From an uncultured Solirubrobacterales bacterium (GTDB taxonomy: Bacteria > Actinomycetota > Thermoleophilia > Solirubrobacterales > 70-9): 58,757 bases of DNA. The stretch is from NCBI GenBank assembly GCA_903891285.1, contig CAITDZ010000128.1, positions 1 through 58,757 on the forward strand. Direction: 5' to 3'. Shown here in pieces: positions 27,802 through 36,300 of the stretch; the stretch's first letter is position 1, and each line of letters begins with the position of its first letter. Under the pieces are notes generated by a model. That model did not search any database, had not been told where the DNA came from, and was given only the letters and a program-made list of their open reading frames with translations. Position numbers and translations under genes: made by a program.

Positions 27802-29055
27802 ATGGCCTCGAAGCGGCAGATCTTCGTTGGTTCCGTGCCGATTGGTGGGGGGGCTCCGGTCGTGGTCCAGACCATGACCAAGACGGAGACAGCCAATGTC
27901 GAGGCAACGATGGACCAGATCGACAAAGTGGTCGAGGCCGGGGCCGAACTCGTCAGGGTCGCCGTGCCAAGGGATCAAGACGCAAGGGCGCTGAGCGAAA
28001 TCGTCGACCGGTCTCCGATCCCGGTGATCGCCGACATCCACTTCAACCACACCCTCGCCCTGAAGGCGATCGAGGCAGGGGCAGCCTCGATCAGACTCAA
28101 CCCGGGCAATATCGGCGGTCGGGAAAAGGTCGCTCAAGTAGCCGACCTGGCAAACCAGAGGGGCGTCCCGATGAGGATCGGCGTCAACTCGGGTTCGCTT
28201 CCCAAGCACCTCCACGACCTCGAGATGGAGAGCCCGGTGGAAGCCCTGGTCGAAGCCGCTGTCGAGTTCGTCCGTCTCATGGAGGGACTCGACTTCACCA
28301 ACTTCAAGGTCTCGATCAAGTCGACCAACGTTCCCGACACGATCCAGGCGAACCGAATGCTGTCGGAGAAGATTCCGTATCCACTCCACCTCGGGATCAC
28401 CGAGGCAGGTACCCGGTGGTCGGGCTCCCTGAAGTCGGCCGTCGGTCTCGGGGCACTCCTCGCCGACGGTATCGGCGACACGATCAGGGTCAGCCTTTCG
28501 ACCTTTCATGCGGAGGATGAGGTGAAGGTTGCCTGGGAGATCCTCAAGGCGCTTCAGCTCCGGGAGAAGGGCCCGGTCTTGATCGCCTGCCCGACCTGCG
28601 GGCGCCTCCAGTTCGACATGGACACGGTGGTAGCGGAGGTGGAGCAGCGTCTCGAGGACTACGAGGAGGCGATTGAGGTCGCGGTGCTCGGCTGTGCCGT
28701 GAACGGAATCGGTGAAGCCAAGCACGCCGACTTCGGGATCGCAGGAGCAAAGGACGAAGGCGTCGTCTTCGCGGGGGGCAGGGCTTTGAAGAAGGTGCCC
28801 ACGGAGCGACTCGTCGACGAGCTCTTCCACCAGATCGATCTCTCGCTGGAGAGGGGCTCGGTCGAGTACGACGAGACCGAGGCGGCCGAGGGCGAAGAGT
28901 GGGTGCGGAAGATCGAGACGGAGAACGCGGACGACCTGACCCCGGAGAAGATTGCCCGAATGGAGCGGGAGGCTGCCGAGAAGGGCGAGTCGGACCGGGT
29001 CCTCCTCGATGAGTCGGATTCGCCAACCGACGGGCGCCGGTTTACCCGAACCTAG
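27802..29055 (+). CDS. ispG: 4-hydroxy-3-methylbut-2-en-1-yl diphosphate synthase
   Basis: VGSVPIGGGAPVVVQTMT...CPTCGR...GCAVNG motifs, with an acidic C-terminal tail. Confidence 0.95.
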   Translation: MASKRQIFVGSVPIGGGAPVVVQTMTKTETANVEATMDQIDKVVEAGAELVRVAVPRDQDARALSEIVDRSPIPVIADIHFNHTLALKAIEAGAASIRLNPGNIGGREKVAQVADLANQRGVPMRIGVNSGSLPKHLHDLEMESPVEALVEAAVEFVRLMEGLDFTNFKVSIKSTNVPDTIQANRMLSEKIPYPLHLGITEAGTRWSGSLKSAVGLGALLADGIGDTIRVSLSTFHAEDEVKVAWEILKALQLREKGPVLIACPTCGRLQFDMDTVVAEVEQRLEDYEEAIEVAVLGCAVNGIGEAKHADFGIAGAKDEGVVFAGGRALKKVPTERLVDELFHQIDLSLERGSVEYDETEAAEGEEWVRKIETENADDLTPEKIARMEREAAEKGESDRVLLDESDSPTDGRRFTRT

Positions 29056-29090
29056 GGGTCTTGCGGGCCCACGTCGTGGGACGCACCGTC

Positions 29091-29096
29091 TAGATT
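29091..29096 (+). promoter_or_regulatory. -10 hexamer TAGATT, 7 nt before the proS ATG (leaderless-type)
   Basis: TAGATT-N7-ATG(29104) with no SD. Confidence 0.5.
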
Positions 29097-29103
29097 AGGC
29101 CGG

Positions 29104-30789
29104 ATGACCCGGTTCTCCGAAGCACTTATCCCGACCCTCAGGGAGAGTCCGGCAGACGCCGAGGCAACCAGCCACAAGCTCCTCGTCCGGGCGGGCATGG
29201 TCAGGCAGTTGGGGGCGGGTCTCTGGACCTTCCTCCCCGCCGGTTGGCGTGTCCACAGGAAGGTCGAGGCGATCATCCGGGAAGAGATGGACGCGATCGG
29301 CGGCCAGGAGATGCTCATGCCCGTTCTGCAGCCGGCGGACCTCTGGGCGAGAACGGGGAGGGTCGGCATAGAGGAACTGTTCAAGCTGGAAGACCGGAAG
29401 GGGTCTGACCTGGTCCTCGCGATGACCCATGAAGAGGCGATCACCGCCCACGTCGCAAGCGAGGTTCGCTCCTGGAGAGATCTGCCGAAACTGCTCTACC
29501 AGCTGCAGGTAAAGGAGCGAGACGAACCGAGGCCGCGTGCCGGGATCCTGAGAACGAGGGAATTCGTGATGAAGGATGCCTACAGTTTCGACCGGGACGA
29601 GGAAGGGCTCGACAGGTCATACGAGGCCTGTATCGCAGCCTATGACCGGATCTTCGACCGCTGCGGCCTGTCCTGGTATCGGGTGGCCAGCGACGTCGGA
29701 ATGATGGGCGGTCAGGGCGCCGACGAATACATGGCCCCCTGTGCCGCCGGTGAAGACGAGGTTGCGATTTCGGCGGGCTATGCGGCGAACGTGGACGTGG
29801 CGATCGGGACGCCCGAACCGGTGGAGCTTCCAGAAGGGCGAGATACCCCGCTGGAGGTCGAGACCCCGGGGTTGACGACGGTCGAGGAGGTCTCGGGAGC
29901 ACTCGGCGTTCCCGAGGGCGCCCTGATCAAGGCGGTTCCCTTCACCGGCAGCACGGGCGAGGTCGTAATGGCCCTGGTTCGGGGCGATGATGAGGTCAAC
30001 CCAGTCCTTCTCGGCAATGCCGCAGACCTAGATCTGAGGCCGTCGACCGAAGAGGAGATAAGCGACCGGATCGGGCCACCCGGGTTCATTGGTCCGGTCG
30101 GGACCGAGGTACGGGTCATCAAGGACAGCCAGGTTACGGGGCGTGGCCTGGTCTGCGGAGCGAACGCGGCGGATCGACATCTCCAGGGGGTGGAGCCCGG
30201 CAGGGACTTCGCCTGTGAGGAGCACGACATCCGCCGCGTCCGGGAGGGGGATTCGGCTCCGGATGGCTCCCCGATCCGGTTGGAGCCTGCGATCGAGATA
30301 GGGAACATCTTCAAACTAGGAACCCGTTACAGCGAGGCACTCGGCGCAACCTTCCTCGACGAGGACGGTACGGAGAGGCCGATCGTGATGGGGAGCTATG
30401 GAATCGGCCCGGCCAGGATCGTTGCCGCATTGGCCGAACAGGGAGCAGACGAGGCCGGGCTCTCCTGGCCGGCCTCCGTGGCCCCGTGGCAGGTCGAGCT
30501 CGTCGCCCTTGGGAAGGGCGACGATGAAAGCACCCGGATCGCTGGGGATCTCTACCGGGAGCTCCGGGACTCCGGTGTGGAGGTCCTGTTCGATGATCGG
30601 GAGGCGGGAGCGGGTCAGAAGCTGACCGATGCCGAGTTGATCGGCTGCCCGCTGAGGATCGTCGTGGGGCGGAAAGGTCTCGAGGCCGGTGAACTCGAGG
30701 CAAGTTGGCGGGCCTCGGGCGACCGCTTCGCAATCCCCCTCGACCAGGGCGCGGCGCGGATCGGGCAGCTGGTTGCCGAGATGAGCTGA
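29104..30789 (+). CDS. proS: Proline--tRNA ligase (bacterial type with editing insertion)
   Basis: LLVRAG.VRQ...THEE...FRDE.RPR.G..R.REF.MKDAYSF motifs. 561 aa. Confidence 0.95.
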   Translation: MTRFSEALIPTLRESPADAEATSHKLLVRAGMVRQLGAGLWTFLPAGWRVHRKVEAIIREEMDAIGGQEMLMPVLQPADLWARTGRVGIEELFKLEDRKGSDLVLAMTHEEAITAHVASEVRSWRDLPKLLYQLQVKERDEPRPRAGILRTREFVMKDAYSFDRDEEGLDRSYEACIAAYDRIFDRCGLSWYRVASDVGMMGGQGADEYMAPCAAGEDEVAISAGYAANVDVAIGTPEPVELPEGRDTPLEVETPGLTTVEEVSGALGVPEGALIKAVPFTGSTGEVVMALVRGDDEVNPVLLGNAADLDLRPSTEEEISDRIGPPGFIGPVGTEVRVIKDSQVTGRGLVCGANAADRHLQGVEPGRDFACEEHDIRRVREGDSAPDGSPIRLEPAIEIGNIFKLGTRYSEALGATFLDEDGTERPIVMGSYGIGPARIVAALAEQGADEAGLSWPASVAPWQVELVALGKGDDESTRIAGDLYRELRDSGVEVLFDDREAGAGQKLTDAELIGCPLRIVVGRKGLEAGELEASWRASGDRFAIPLDQGAARIGQLVAEMS

Positions 30790-30791
30790 GG

Positions 30792-31448
30792 TTGTCCGGC
30801 GTAGATCCCTTCGGAAGGGGGCGACTCCGACGGATCTTCGGCCTCGACCGTTCGGGTCCCGAACCCAAGGCGACGAGGAGTGGGCAGCCGCTCCGTCCCT
30901 TCACTATCCCGAACCTGATCGGCCTCCTTCGCCTGCTCGGGATACCGCTCTTCCTCTACCTCGCATTCAGCGGGCCGGATGGAGTCTCACTCTGGGCGGC
31001 GGTCGTGTACTGGGCGATCGCGGCCGGCGACTACCTCGACGGACTCCTTGCCAGGGTCACCGGACAGTACTCGCGATTGGGTGCATTGCTGGATCCGGTC
31101 GTCGACCGACTGTTGATCGTCTCCGGAATCGTCGTCTGCTGGTATTTCGACTTGCTGCCGGAGGTGTTCCTCGTCCTCCTCGTAATCCGTGAGTTGGGCA
31201 CTCTCCTCCTCGCCCGGTGGGCCCTCTCACGCGGAGTGGACCTCGAGGTCAACTGGATCGGGAGGATGGCTGTCTTTCCGGTGATGTCCGCATTGCTCTT
31301 CGCAATGGTCATACCCGGGTGGTTCCCCGACGCCCTCCTGATAATCGGCGTAGCGATGGCCTGGGCCGCGACCATCCTCTACGTGAAGGAGGGTCGGGCA
31401 AGGATCGCGCAGATGGAAGCGGACGACCAACCTTCAACCGGAGGTTGA
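30792..31448 (+). CDS. pgsA: CDP-alcohol phosphatidyltransferase (PgsA-like)
   Basis: D..DG..AR......G..LDP..D motif (GDYLDGLLARVTGQYSRLGALLDPVVDRL). TTG 30792 is the only start that does not overlap proS. Confidence 0.8.
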   Translation: MSGVDPFGRGRLRRIFGLDRSGPEPKATRSGQPLRPFTIPNLIGLLRLLGIPLFLYLAFSGPDGVSLWAAVVYWAIAAGDYLDGLLARVTGQYSRLGALLDPVVDRLLIVSGIVVCWYFDLLPEVFLVLLVIRELGTLLLARWALSRGVDLEVNWIGRMAVFPVMSALLFAMVIPGWFPDALLIIGVAMAWAATILYVKEGRARIAQMEADDQPSTGG

Positions 31449-31465
31449 TACTTCGGATTCGCCCC

Positions 31466-31471
31466 TATAAT
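31466..31471 (+). promoter_or_regulatory. Consensus -10 TATAAT, 6 nt before the FHA-gene GTG (leaderless-type), with TTGATA 15 nt upstream
   Basis: TTGATA(31445-31450)-N15-TATAAT-N6-GTG(31478). Confidence 0.55.
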
Positions 31472-31477
31472 CGCCCC

Positions 31478-31948
31478 GTGGCTCTCCATTGCACCGAATG
31501 CGGCTTCGTCAACGCCGAAGGGGCGAACTACTGTCAGAAGTGCGGGGCCTTCCTGGGGGCCGGCGAGTCGGGGGACGAACCGACGACCAGCAGCTACCGG
31601 ATCGGTGAGACGGGGGAGCAGGAGGCGATCGAGATCGAGCCCGGGATCGACGTCCCCGGAGCCAGTCTCGTGATTCGCAGCGGAGGCGGGCGAGCAGGTG
31701 AGGTATTCCCGGTCGACGGCGAGCGGTTGGCGATCGGTCGGAGTCCCGATGCCCCGATCTTCCTCGACGACGTAACGGTTTCGCGGAACCACGCCCTCCT
31801 GGTGACCCGCAACGACGGGATCTACATCGACGACCTGGGCTCCCTCAACGGGACCTACGTCAATCGTCATCGGGTCGAGTCGCGGAAGCTCGAAGATGGC
31901 GACGAGATCCAGGTCGGGAAGTACAAGCTCAGCTTTCTCGAGAGATGA
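31478..31948 (+). CDS. garA: GarA/OdhI-like FHA-domain regulator with an N-terminal zinc ribbon
   Basis: The FHA core closely resembles mycobacterial GarA (IFLDDVTVSRNHA, GSLNGTYVNR, GDEIQVGKYKLSFL). N-terminal CTECG...CQKCG, and a TTS motif (DEPTTSSY). Confidence 0.85.
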   Translation: MALHCTECGFVNAEGANYCQKCGAFLGAGESGDEPTTSSYRIGETGEQEAIEIEPGIDVPGASLVIRSGGGRAGEVFPVDGERLAIGRSPDAPIFLDDVTVSRNHALLVTRNDGIYIDDLGSLNGTYVNRHRVESRKLEDGDEIQVGKYKLSFLER

Positions 31949-32691
31949 GCCCACCCAGCGGCGAAGGAACCAGGACCGGGCCGGTCGGAAGCTCCGGGTC
32001 ACGGCGGCGCAAGGCCTTGACGATCGGGGCGGTAGCCCGGATGCTGTCGAAGGATTTCGACGACATCTCGATCTCGAAGATCCGCTACCTGGAGGACCAG
32101 AAGCTCGTTTCCCCCCGACGCACCCCGGGGGGCTACCGCCTGTATTCCCAGGCCGATGTCGATCGCCTGAAAACCATCCTCAGACTGCAGCGGGATGAGT
32201 TCCTCCCGCTGAGGGTGATTCGCCAGGAGCTCGCCTCGGGCAAGGTTGCGGTCGAGCGGTCCGGGGGTGGTGAGAACAGGACGAGACGTGCGCGCCTCCT
32301 GATGGCCTCGAGCGAGAGACTCGACCTGGTCGGCCTGGCTGAGGAAACCGGCGCAGAGCCAGAGCTACTGAGGGAACTGATCGACTACGGGTTGGTCGGC
32401 AAGCCGCCCAGTCCGGACACCGAGATCTACGACGAGACCGATGTTGCCGTCGTAAACGCTGCAGGAGAACTGGTCAAGGCCGGGATCGGACCCCGTAACC
32501 TCAAGACCTTTCGGACATCGGCGGATCGTGAGTCGCAGCTGGTGGAGGCCCTGTTGGCACCGAAGCTGGTTTCCCGAAACCCCCAGCGACGCAAGGAGGC
32601 GGTCGAGTCGCTCGAGAGGATCGCGACTTCGATGGGCGAGCTCAAGCAATCGCTGCTGGTGCGTGACCTACGGCGCTTCGCCAATTCCTGA
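31945..32691 (+). CDS. MerR-family transcriptional regulator (Rv1828/FtsR-like position after garA)
   Basis: LTIGAVARMLS...ISKIRYLEDQKLVSPRRTPGGYRLYS HTH. ATGA overlap with the FHA gene. Confidence 0.9.
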   Translation: MSPPSGEGTRTGPVGSSGSRRRKALTIGAVARMLSKDFDDISISKIRYLEDQKLVSPRRTPGGYRLYSQADVDRLKTILRLQRDEFLPLRVIRQELASGKVAVERSGGGENRTRRARLLMASSERLDLVGLAEETGAEPELLRELIDYGLVGKPPSPDTEIYDETDVAVVNAAGELVKAGIGPRNLKTFRTSADRESQLVEALLAPKLVSRNPQRRKEAVESLERIATSMGELKQSLLVRDLRRFANS

Positions 32692-32700
32692 GGCTTCCAA

Positions 32701-33168
32701 CTGCCGAGCACGACCAGGGAAGTCGAGGTTCCAGCCGAAACAGGAGAGGTCTTCCGGTTCCTCGGGGATCCGTCGAACCTGGTCCGGTGGTGGCCGAGGG
32801 TCGTGAGGGTCGAGGGGGTCGAGGGAGAGTCCGGTCAGGAAGGTCTGATCTGGACGAACGTGGTAGAGGCCGATTCAGGCAGGAGATTGAGGCTGGACTA
32901 CCGAATGGTCGCGTCTGATCGGGACTCGAGGCTCTGCTGGGAACATCAGCTCGAGGGCACCGCCTTCTCGGGCCACTTGGTCAGGCAGGCTGTCGAGGTA
33001 GAGCTCTCCGACGCTCCTGGGGGGACCCGGGTCGCGGTAACTGCAATCGGTGAGCTGAAGGGTGCTGCCAGACTGGCCGGGCCGTCGCTCAAGTCGGATC
33101 AGAAGAAGTTGCTAGACGGGGCCCTGAAAAGGTTGACAGAGGCGCTCGAGGAGCAAGCTGATTCATGA
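32701..33168 (+). CDS. SRPBCC-superfamily (polyketide cyclase/dehydrase-like) protein with a proposed CTG start
   Basis: The first canonical start (GTG 32803) would delete the conserved N-terminal strand-helix (EVEVPAETGEVFRFLGDPSNLVRWWP). High GC3 persists upstream of it. GAGG lies 7 nt before CTG 32701. Confidence 0.65.
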   Translation: MPSTTREVEVPAETGEVFRFLGDPSNLVRWWPRVVRVEGVEGESGQEGLIWTNVVEADSGRRLRLDYRMVASDRDSRLCWEHQLEGTAFSGHLVRQAVEVELSDAPGGTRVAVTAIGELKGAARLAGPSLKSDQKKLLDGALKRLTEALEEQADS

Positions 33169-34823
33169 ATCCGACGATCAGTCCACGGACCGATACCCGG
33201 TGGTGGGGCTGGGGGGATCCCGATGTGGAGACGGATGTCGGGGCTCGTGTCCGTGAACTCCTGAACCTGCGGGGACTGGAGATCGACCCGTCCGGGCTGG
33301 ACCAGGTCCGCTCGATCGAGGCGGTCGCGATACCGGAGGCAAAGAGGATCCCGGATGCGGTCCTGGCGGCAGCTGGAGCCGACTGGGTTCTCACCGACCA
33401 CGATTCCCGCGTACGGCACGCAACGGGCCAATCTCTCGAGGATCTCCTGACCCTTCGGTCCGGGGTCGTTCCCACGGCCCCCGACGCGGTCGTGATCGGG
33501 AGGGATGGAGCACAGATCCTGGCAGTCCTCGAGGCCGCCAGCAGGGAGCGGGTGGCGATCATTCCCTACGGCGGCGGAACGTCGGTGACCGGCGGACTCA
33601 AGGTCCCTGAAGGCATCGATAGACCCGTCATTTCGCTCGACACGATCGGCCTCGATGGGGTGGAGGTCGATCCCATCTCCCGGACGGGACGGCTCGGAGC
33701 TGGTCTCCGGGGCCCCGAGGCAGAAGAGGCGGTCAATCGTTTCGGACTAACGACGGGCCACTTCCCCCAGTCCTGGGAGTACGCGACGATCGGTGGGTTC
33801 GCCGCGACCAGGTCCGCAGGGCAGGCCTCGAACGGCTACGGGAGGTTCGATGAGATGATCACCGGGCTCGATGTCGTGACGCCGGATGGCGTCCTTCGGA
33901 CGCCACGGGTCGAGCACGCAGCTGAAGGGCCTTCCCTGCTCGACCTCGTGATCGGCTCAGAAGGGGCTTTCGGTGTGATTACCGAGGTCGAGATGCGGCT
34001 TGCCCCGATCCCCGACACCAGCTACGTCGTCTGGTTACTACCCGACTTCGAAAGCGGCATCGACTGCGTGATGAAGATGGCGCAGAGGGATGCCCTGCCG
34101 GCCGTGGTGCGGCTGTCGGACCGGACAGAGACATCCCTCAACCTCGCGATGTCCGGCCCTGCCGGAGTCGCTGGTGCCGCTTTGGACGCCTACCTCGGGG
34201 CCCGGGGTCGGAGCGACGGCTGTTTGATGATCGTTGGCTACGAAGGGGAACCCGGGGAGAACGCCTCCGGGAAGAGCGATACGAACTCCCTCCTTGGGCG
34301 CGCCGGGGGGATCAGGCTCGGTGCGCGACCGGGGGAGGCCTGGGCCCGTTCGCGCTTCCACGGCCCTTACCTGAGAGAAGGACTGCTCGATCTCGGGTTG
34401 GTCGTCGAGACCTTCGAGACGGCTGCACCGTGGTCGGAATACGTCGATGCGTATGTCTCGATTCGGGACGCCACCCTCGCGGCACTGGAACGCAACGGCA
34501 TGGCCGGGGAACTGCTCTGTCACCTCTCCCATGCGTACCCGGATGGGGCCTCCCTCTACTTCACGCTCGTCTCGACGCCGGGGGCCAGGGGGCCGGTTGA
34601 ATCGTGGATTGCCGTGAAGGGTGCCGTACTCGAAGAGCTCCTCGAATTGGACCTTCCCGTTTCTCACCACCACGGGATCGGACGGGACCACGCGGCGGCC
34701 TATGCTCGGAGGGTCGATCAGGTCGGGCTGGAGGCCCTGGACGCGACCAAGCGATCGGTCGACCCTGCCGGGATCATGAACCCTGGCTGCCTCCTGCCGA
34801 TGTCCTTCCACCACACTCCCTGA
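33165..34823 (+). CDS. FAD-linked oxidase, alkyl-DHAP synthase (AgpS)-like
   Basis: N-terminal RWWGWGD motif, FAD-binding PCMH domain (IIPYGGGTSVTGG), 552 aa. Confidence 0.8.
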   Translation: MNPTISPRTDTRWWGWGDPDVETDVGARVRELLNLRGLEIDPSGLDQVRSIEAVAIPEAKRIPDAVLAAAGADWVLTDHDSRVRHATGQSLEDLLTLRSGVVPTAPDAVVIGRDGAQILAVLEAASRERVAIIPYGGGTSVTGGLKVPEGIDRPVISLDTIGLDGVEVDPISRTGRLGAGLRGPEAEEAVNRFGLTTGHFPQSWEYATIGGFAATRSAGQASNGYGRFDEMITGLDVVTPDGVLRTPRVEHAAEGPSLLDLVIGSEGAFGVITEVEMRLAPIPDTSYVVWLLPDFESGIDCVMKMAQRDALPAVVRLSDRTETSLNLAMSGPAGVAGAALDAYLGARGRSDGCLMIVGYEGEPGENASGKSDTNSLLGRAGGIRLGARPGEAWARSRFHGPYLREGLLDLGLVVETFETAAPWSEYVDAYVSIRDATLAALERNGMAGELLCHLSHAYPDGASLYFTLVSTPGARGPVESWIAVKGAVLEELLELDLPVSHHHGIGRDHAAAYARRVDQVGLEALDATKRSVDPAGIMNPGCLLPMSFHHTP

Positions 34824-35811
34824 CCAGCGCCTGCCGGGTCTCCGTCGGCATCGAAATCGGGCCCTTTAGAACCGTCGTACCGACGTATTCGGGGAACGGG
34901 CCCGAGCCAGCCCTGGCCGTGACGGCCTGCCTGAGGGCCCCCCGGAACTGCTCGTCGCGGCTCCTCGAGAGCTTCACATCGGTAAAGAGGTCAGCCGCGA
35001 TGAAACAGATGATTGCCTGGTTGATGCGCGACTGCCCGGCGATGATCCCCTGATCGCCTACCGTCGCCCTGTCGAAGGGGAAGGCCCCGACCGGACCGTC
35101 GAACCAGAGCGCGTAGCTTTCACCCTGGGCAGTCGGCTCCAGCGAGGTAAAGGAAACGTTAGCCGCGAACTCGTTCCCCGAGAACCCGAACTCGACGGTC
35201 CCACCACCCGTCTCGCCCCGGACCGGTGACAGCTCTGCAACGGTCGGTGCCTCGACCGGATCGCTCGCGGGGTCCTCGCCGTTGACCAGCAGAGCGACGG
35301 CGACTACGACGATCGCCAGGCCGGCAGCCGAGATCAGGATGGAAAGGAGACGCCGCTGTCCGGCATCCATTCCCTTCGTCTCGCCCCCGGTCGGTCTCGA
35401 CGCCGAATCCGCCTGGTCGGCGCTTCCCTCCCCCGCCTGCGGAGGTGTCCTGGGGCCGGTGCCCTTCCCTCTGACGTCCGCCTCAGGCTTCGAGTCCGTT
35501 TTCGGGGTTGCGACCTTGAACTCACCGGAGAGGGCTTCCCGGGCCCGGTCCGACCGGTCGGCGAGCTCTGGATCCCTGTCGAGCATGGAAACGGCGTCAG
35601 CCCGGGTGATTGGATCAGCCGCCCCGACCAGATACAGGGCGACGGCAGGCGGAATGGCCGGGCCCCCTGGCGAGAGCGCCTCGAGGGCGTCCGCGGTCCT
35701 GGAACCCACCTCGGCCTCATCGACGTCGAGCACCTTGGCGATTTCCCCTGGACTCTTCTTCCTCCCGATCAGGAGTTGGAGGAGCGCACGCTGATCGTCC
35801 GAAGGTGCCAC
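34774..35811 (-). CDS. Single-pass membrane protein with an N-terminal sigma-70 region-4-like HTH
   Basis: QRALLQLLIGRKKSPGEIAKVLDVDEAEV HTH, a low-complexity linker, a TM helix (LLSILISAAGLAIVVVAVALLV) and an extracytoplasmic domain. GTG start. Confidence 0.7.
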   Translation of the reverse strand: MAPSDDQRALLQLLIGRKKSPGEIAKVLDVDEAEVGSRTADALEALSPGGPAIPPAVALYLVGAADPITRADAVSMLDRDPELADRSDRAREALSGEFKVATPKTDSKPEADVRGKGTGPRTPPQAGEGSADQADSASRPTGGETKGMDAGQRRLLSILISAAGLAIVVVAVALLVNGEDPASDPVEAPTVAELSPVRGETGGGTVEFGFSGNEFAANVSFTSLEPTAQGESYALWFDGPVGAFPFDRATVGDQGIIAGQSRINQAIICFIAADLFTDVKLSRSRDEQFRGALRQAVTARAGSGPFPEYVGTTVLKGPISMPTETRQALVRECGGRTSAGGSQGS

Positions 35812-35817
35812 GAAAGG

Positions 35818-35823
35818 AGCCTA
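35818..35823 (-). promoter_or_regulatory. -10-like TAGGCT, 6 nt before GTG 35811 (leaderless-type)
   Basis: Plus-strand AGCCTA at 35818-35823. Confidence 0.45.
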
Positions 35824-35829
35824 CGGGGT

Positions 35830-35835
35830 TATCCT
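35830..35835 (+). promoter_or_regulatory. -10-like TATCCT, 6 nt before GTG 35842 (leaderless-type)
   Basis: TANNNT-N6-GTG. Both divergent -10 elements share a 30-bp intergenic region. Confidence 0.4.
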
Positions 35836-35841
35836 CGCGGA

Positions 35842-36300
35842 GTGGATGAATCCGCCTTTCCTCCGTCTCCTTTCGACCGGCTGATCGCGACCGATTGGGT
35901 GTCGAGCGAGCCCGGTCGTGCAGTGGCCCGAATAGCGATGCGGGATGAGCTCCGTCAACCGATGGGAATCCTCCACGGCGGGGTGATGGCCAGTCTGGTC
36001 GAGTCGGTCTGTTCGATGGCCACCGCAAAGGAGGTCTTTTCCGAGAATCGGGTTGCAATGGGTCAGAACATCTCGGTCAACTTCCTCCGACCGGTTTCAT
36101 CGGGCGGAATCGAAGTTCAGGCAGAGGCCGTTCACCGGGGTCGGATGACCTGGGTCTGGAGGGCCGACGTTCTCGATTCGGACGGAAGGACCTGTGCGGT
36201 TGCACAGATGACGATCGCTGTCAGGGAGGCTCCGGAAGGCGTCGACCTGGAGGAACTCGCGCGGGCAGCGGCGAGCCCTCAAGAGGACCCGGGGCGATAG
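35842..36300 (+). CDS. PaaI-family (hotdog-fold) thioesterase
   Basis: N.....LHGGV.ASL.DS motif (MGILHGGVMASLVESV). Confidence 0.85.
   Translation: MDESAFPPSPFDRLIATDWVSSEPGRAVARIAMRDELRQPMGILHGGVMASLVESVCSMATAKEVFSENRVAMGQNISVNFLRPVSSGGIEVQAEAVHRGRMTWVWRADVLDSDGRTCAVAQMTIAVREAPEGVDLEELARAAASPQEDPGR

Noticed and set aside
27577-28830. 417-aa ORF antisense to ispG, and 26891-27907 antisense to the toroid-like gene
   Set aside because: Opposite-strand shadows of real genes with no recognisable domains.
28843-29052. ~70-aa acidic C-terminal tail on IspG
   Set aside because: C-terminal tails of IspG vary between lineages. There is no independent signal that it is a separate domain or gene.
31217-31477. 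Upstream extension of the FHA ORF (track start 31217)
   Set aside because: It overlaps pgsA in another frame with Arg-rich junk. A consensus promoter sits immediately before GTG 31478.
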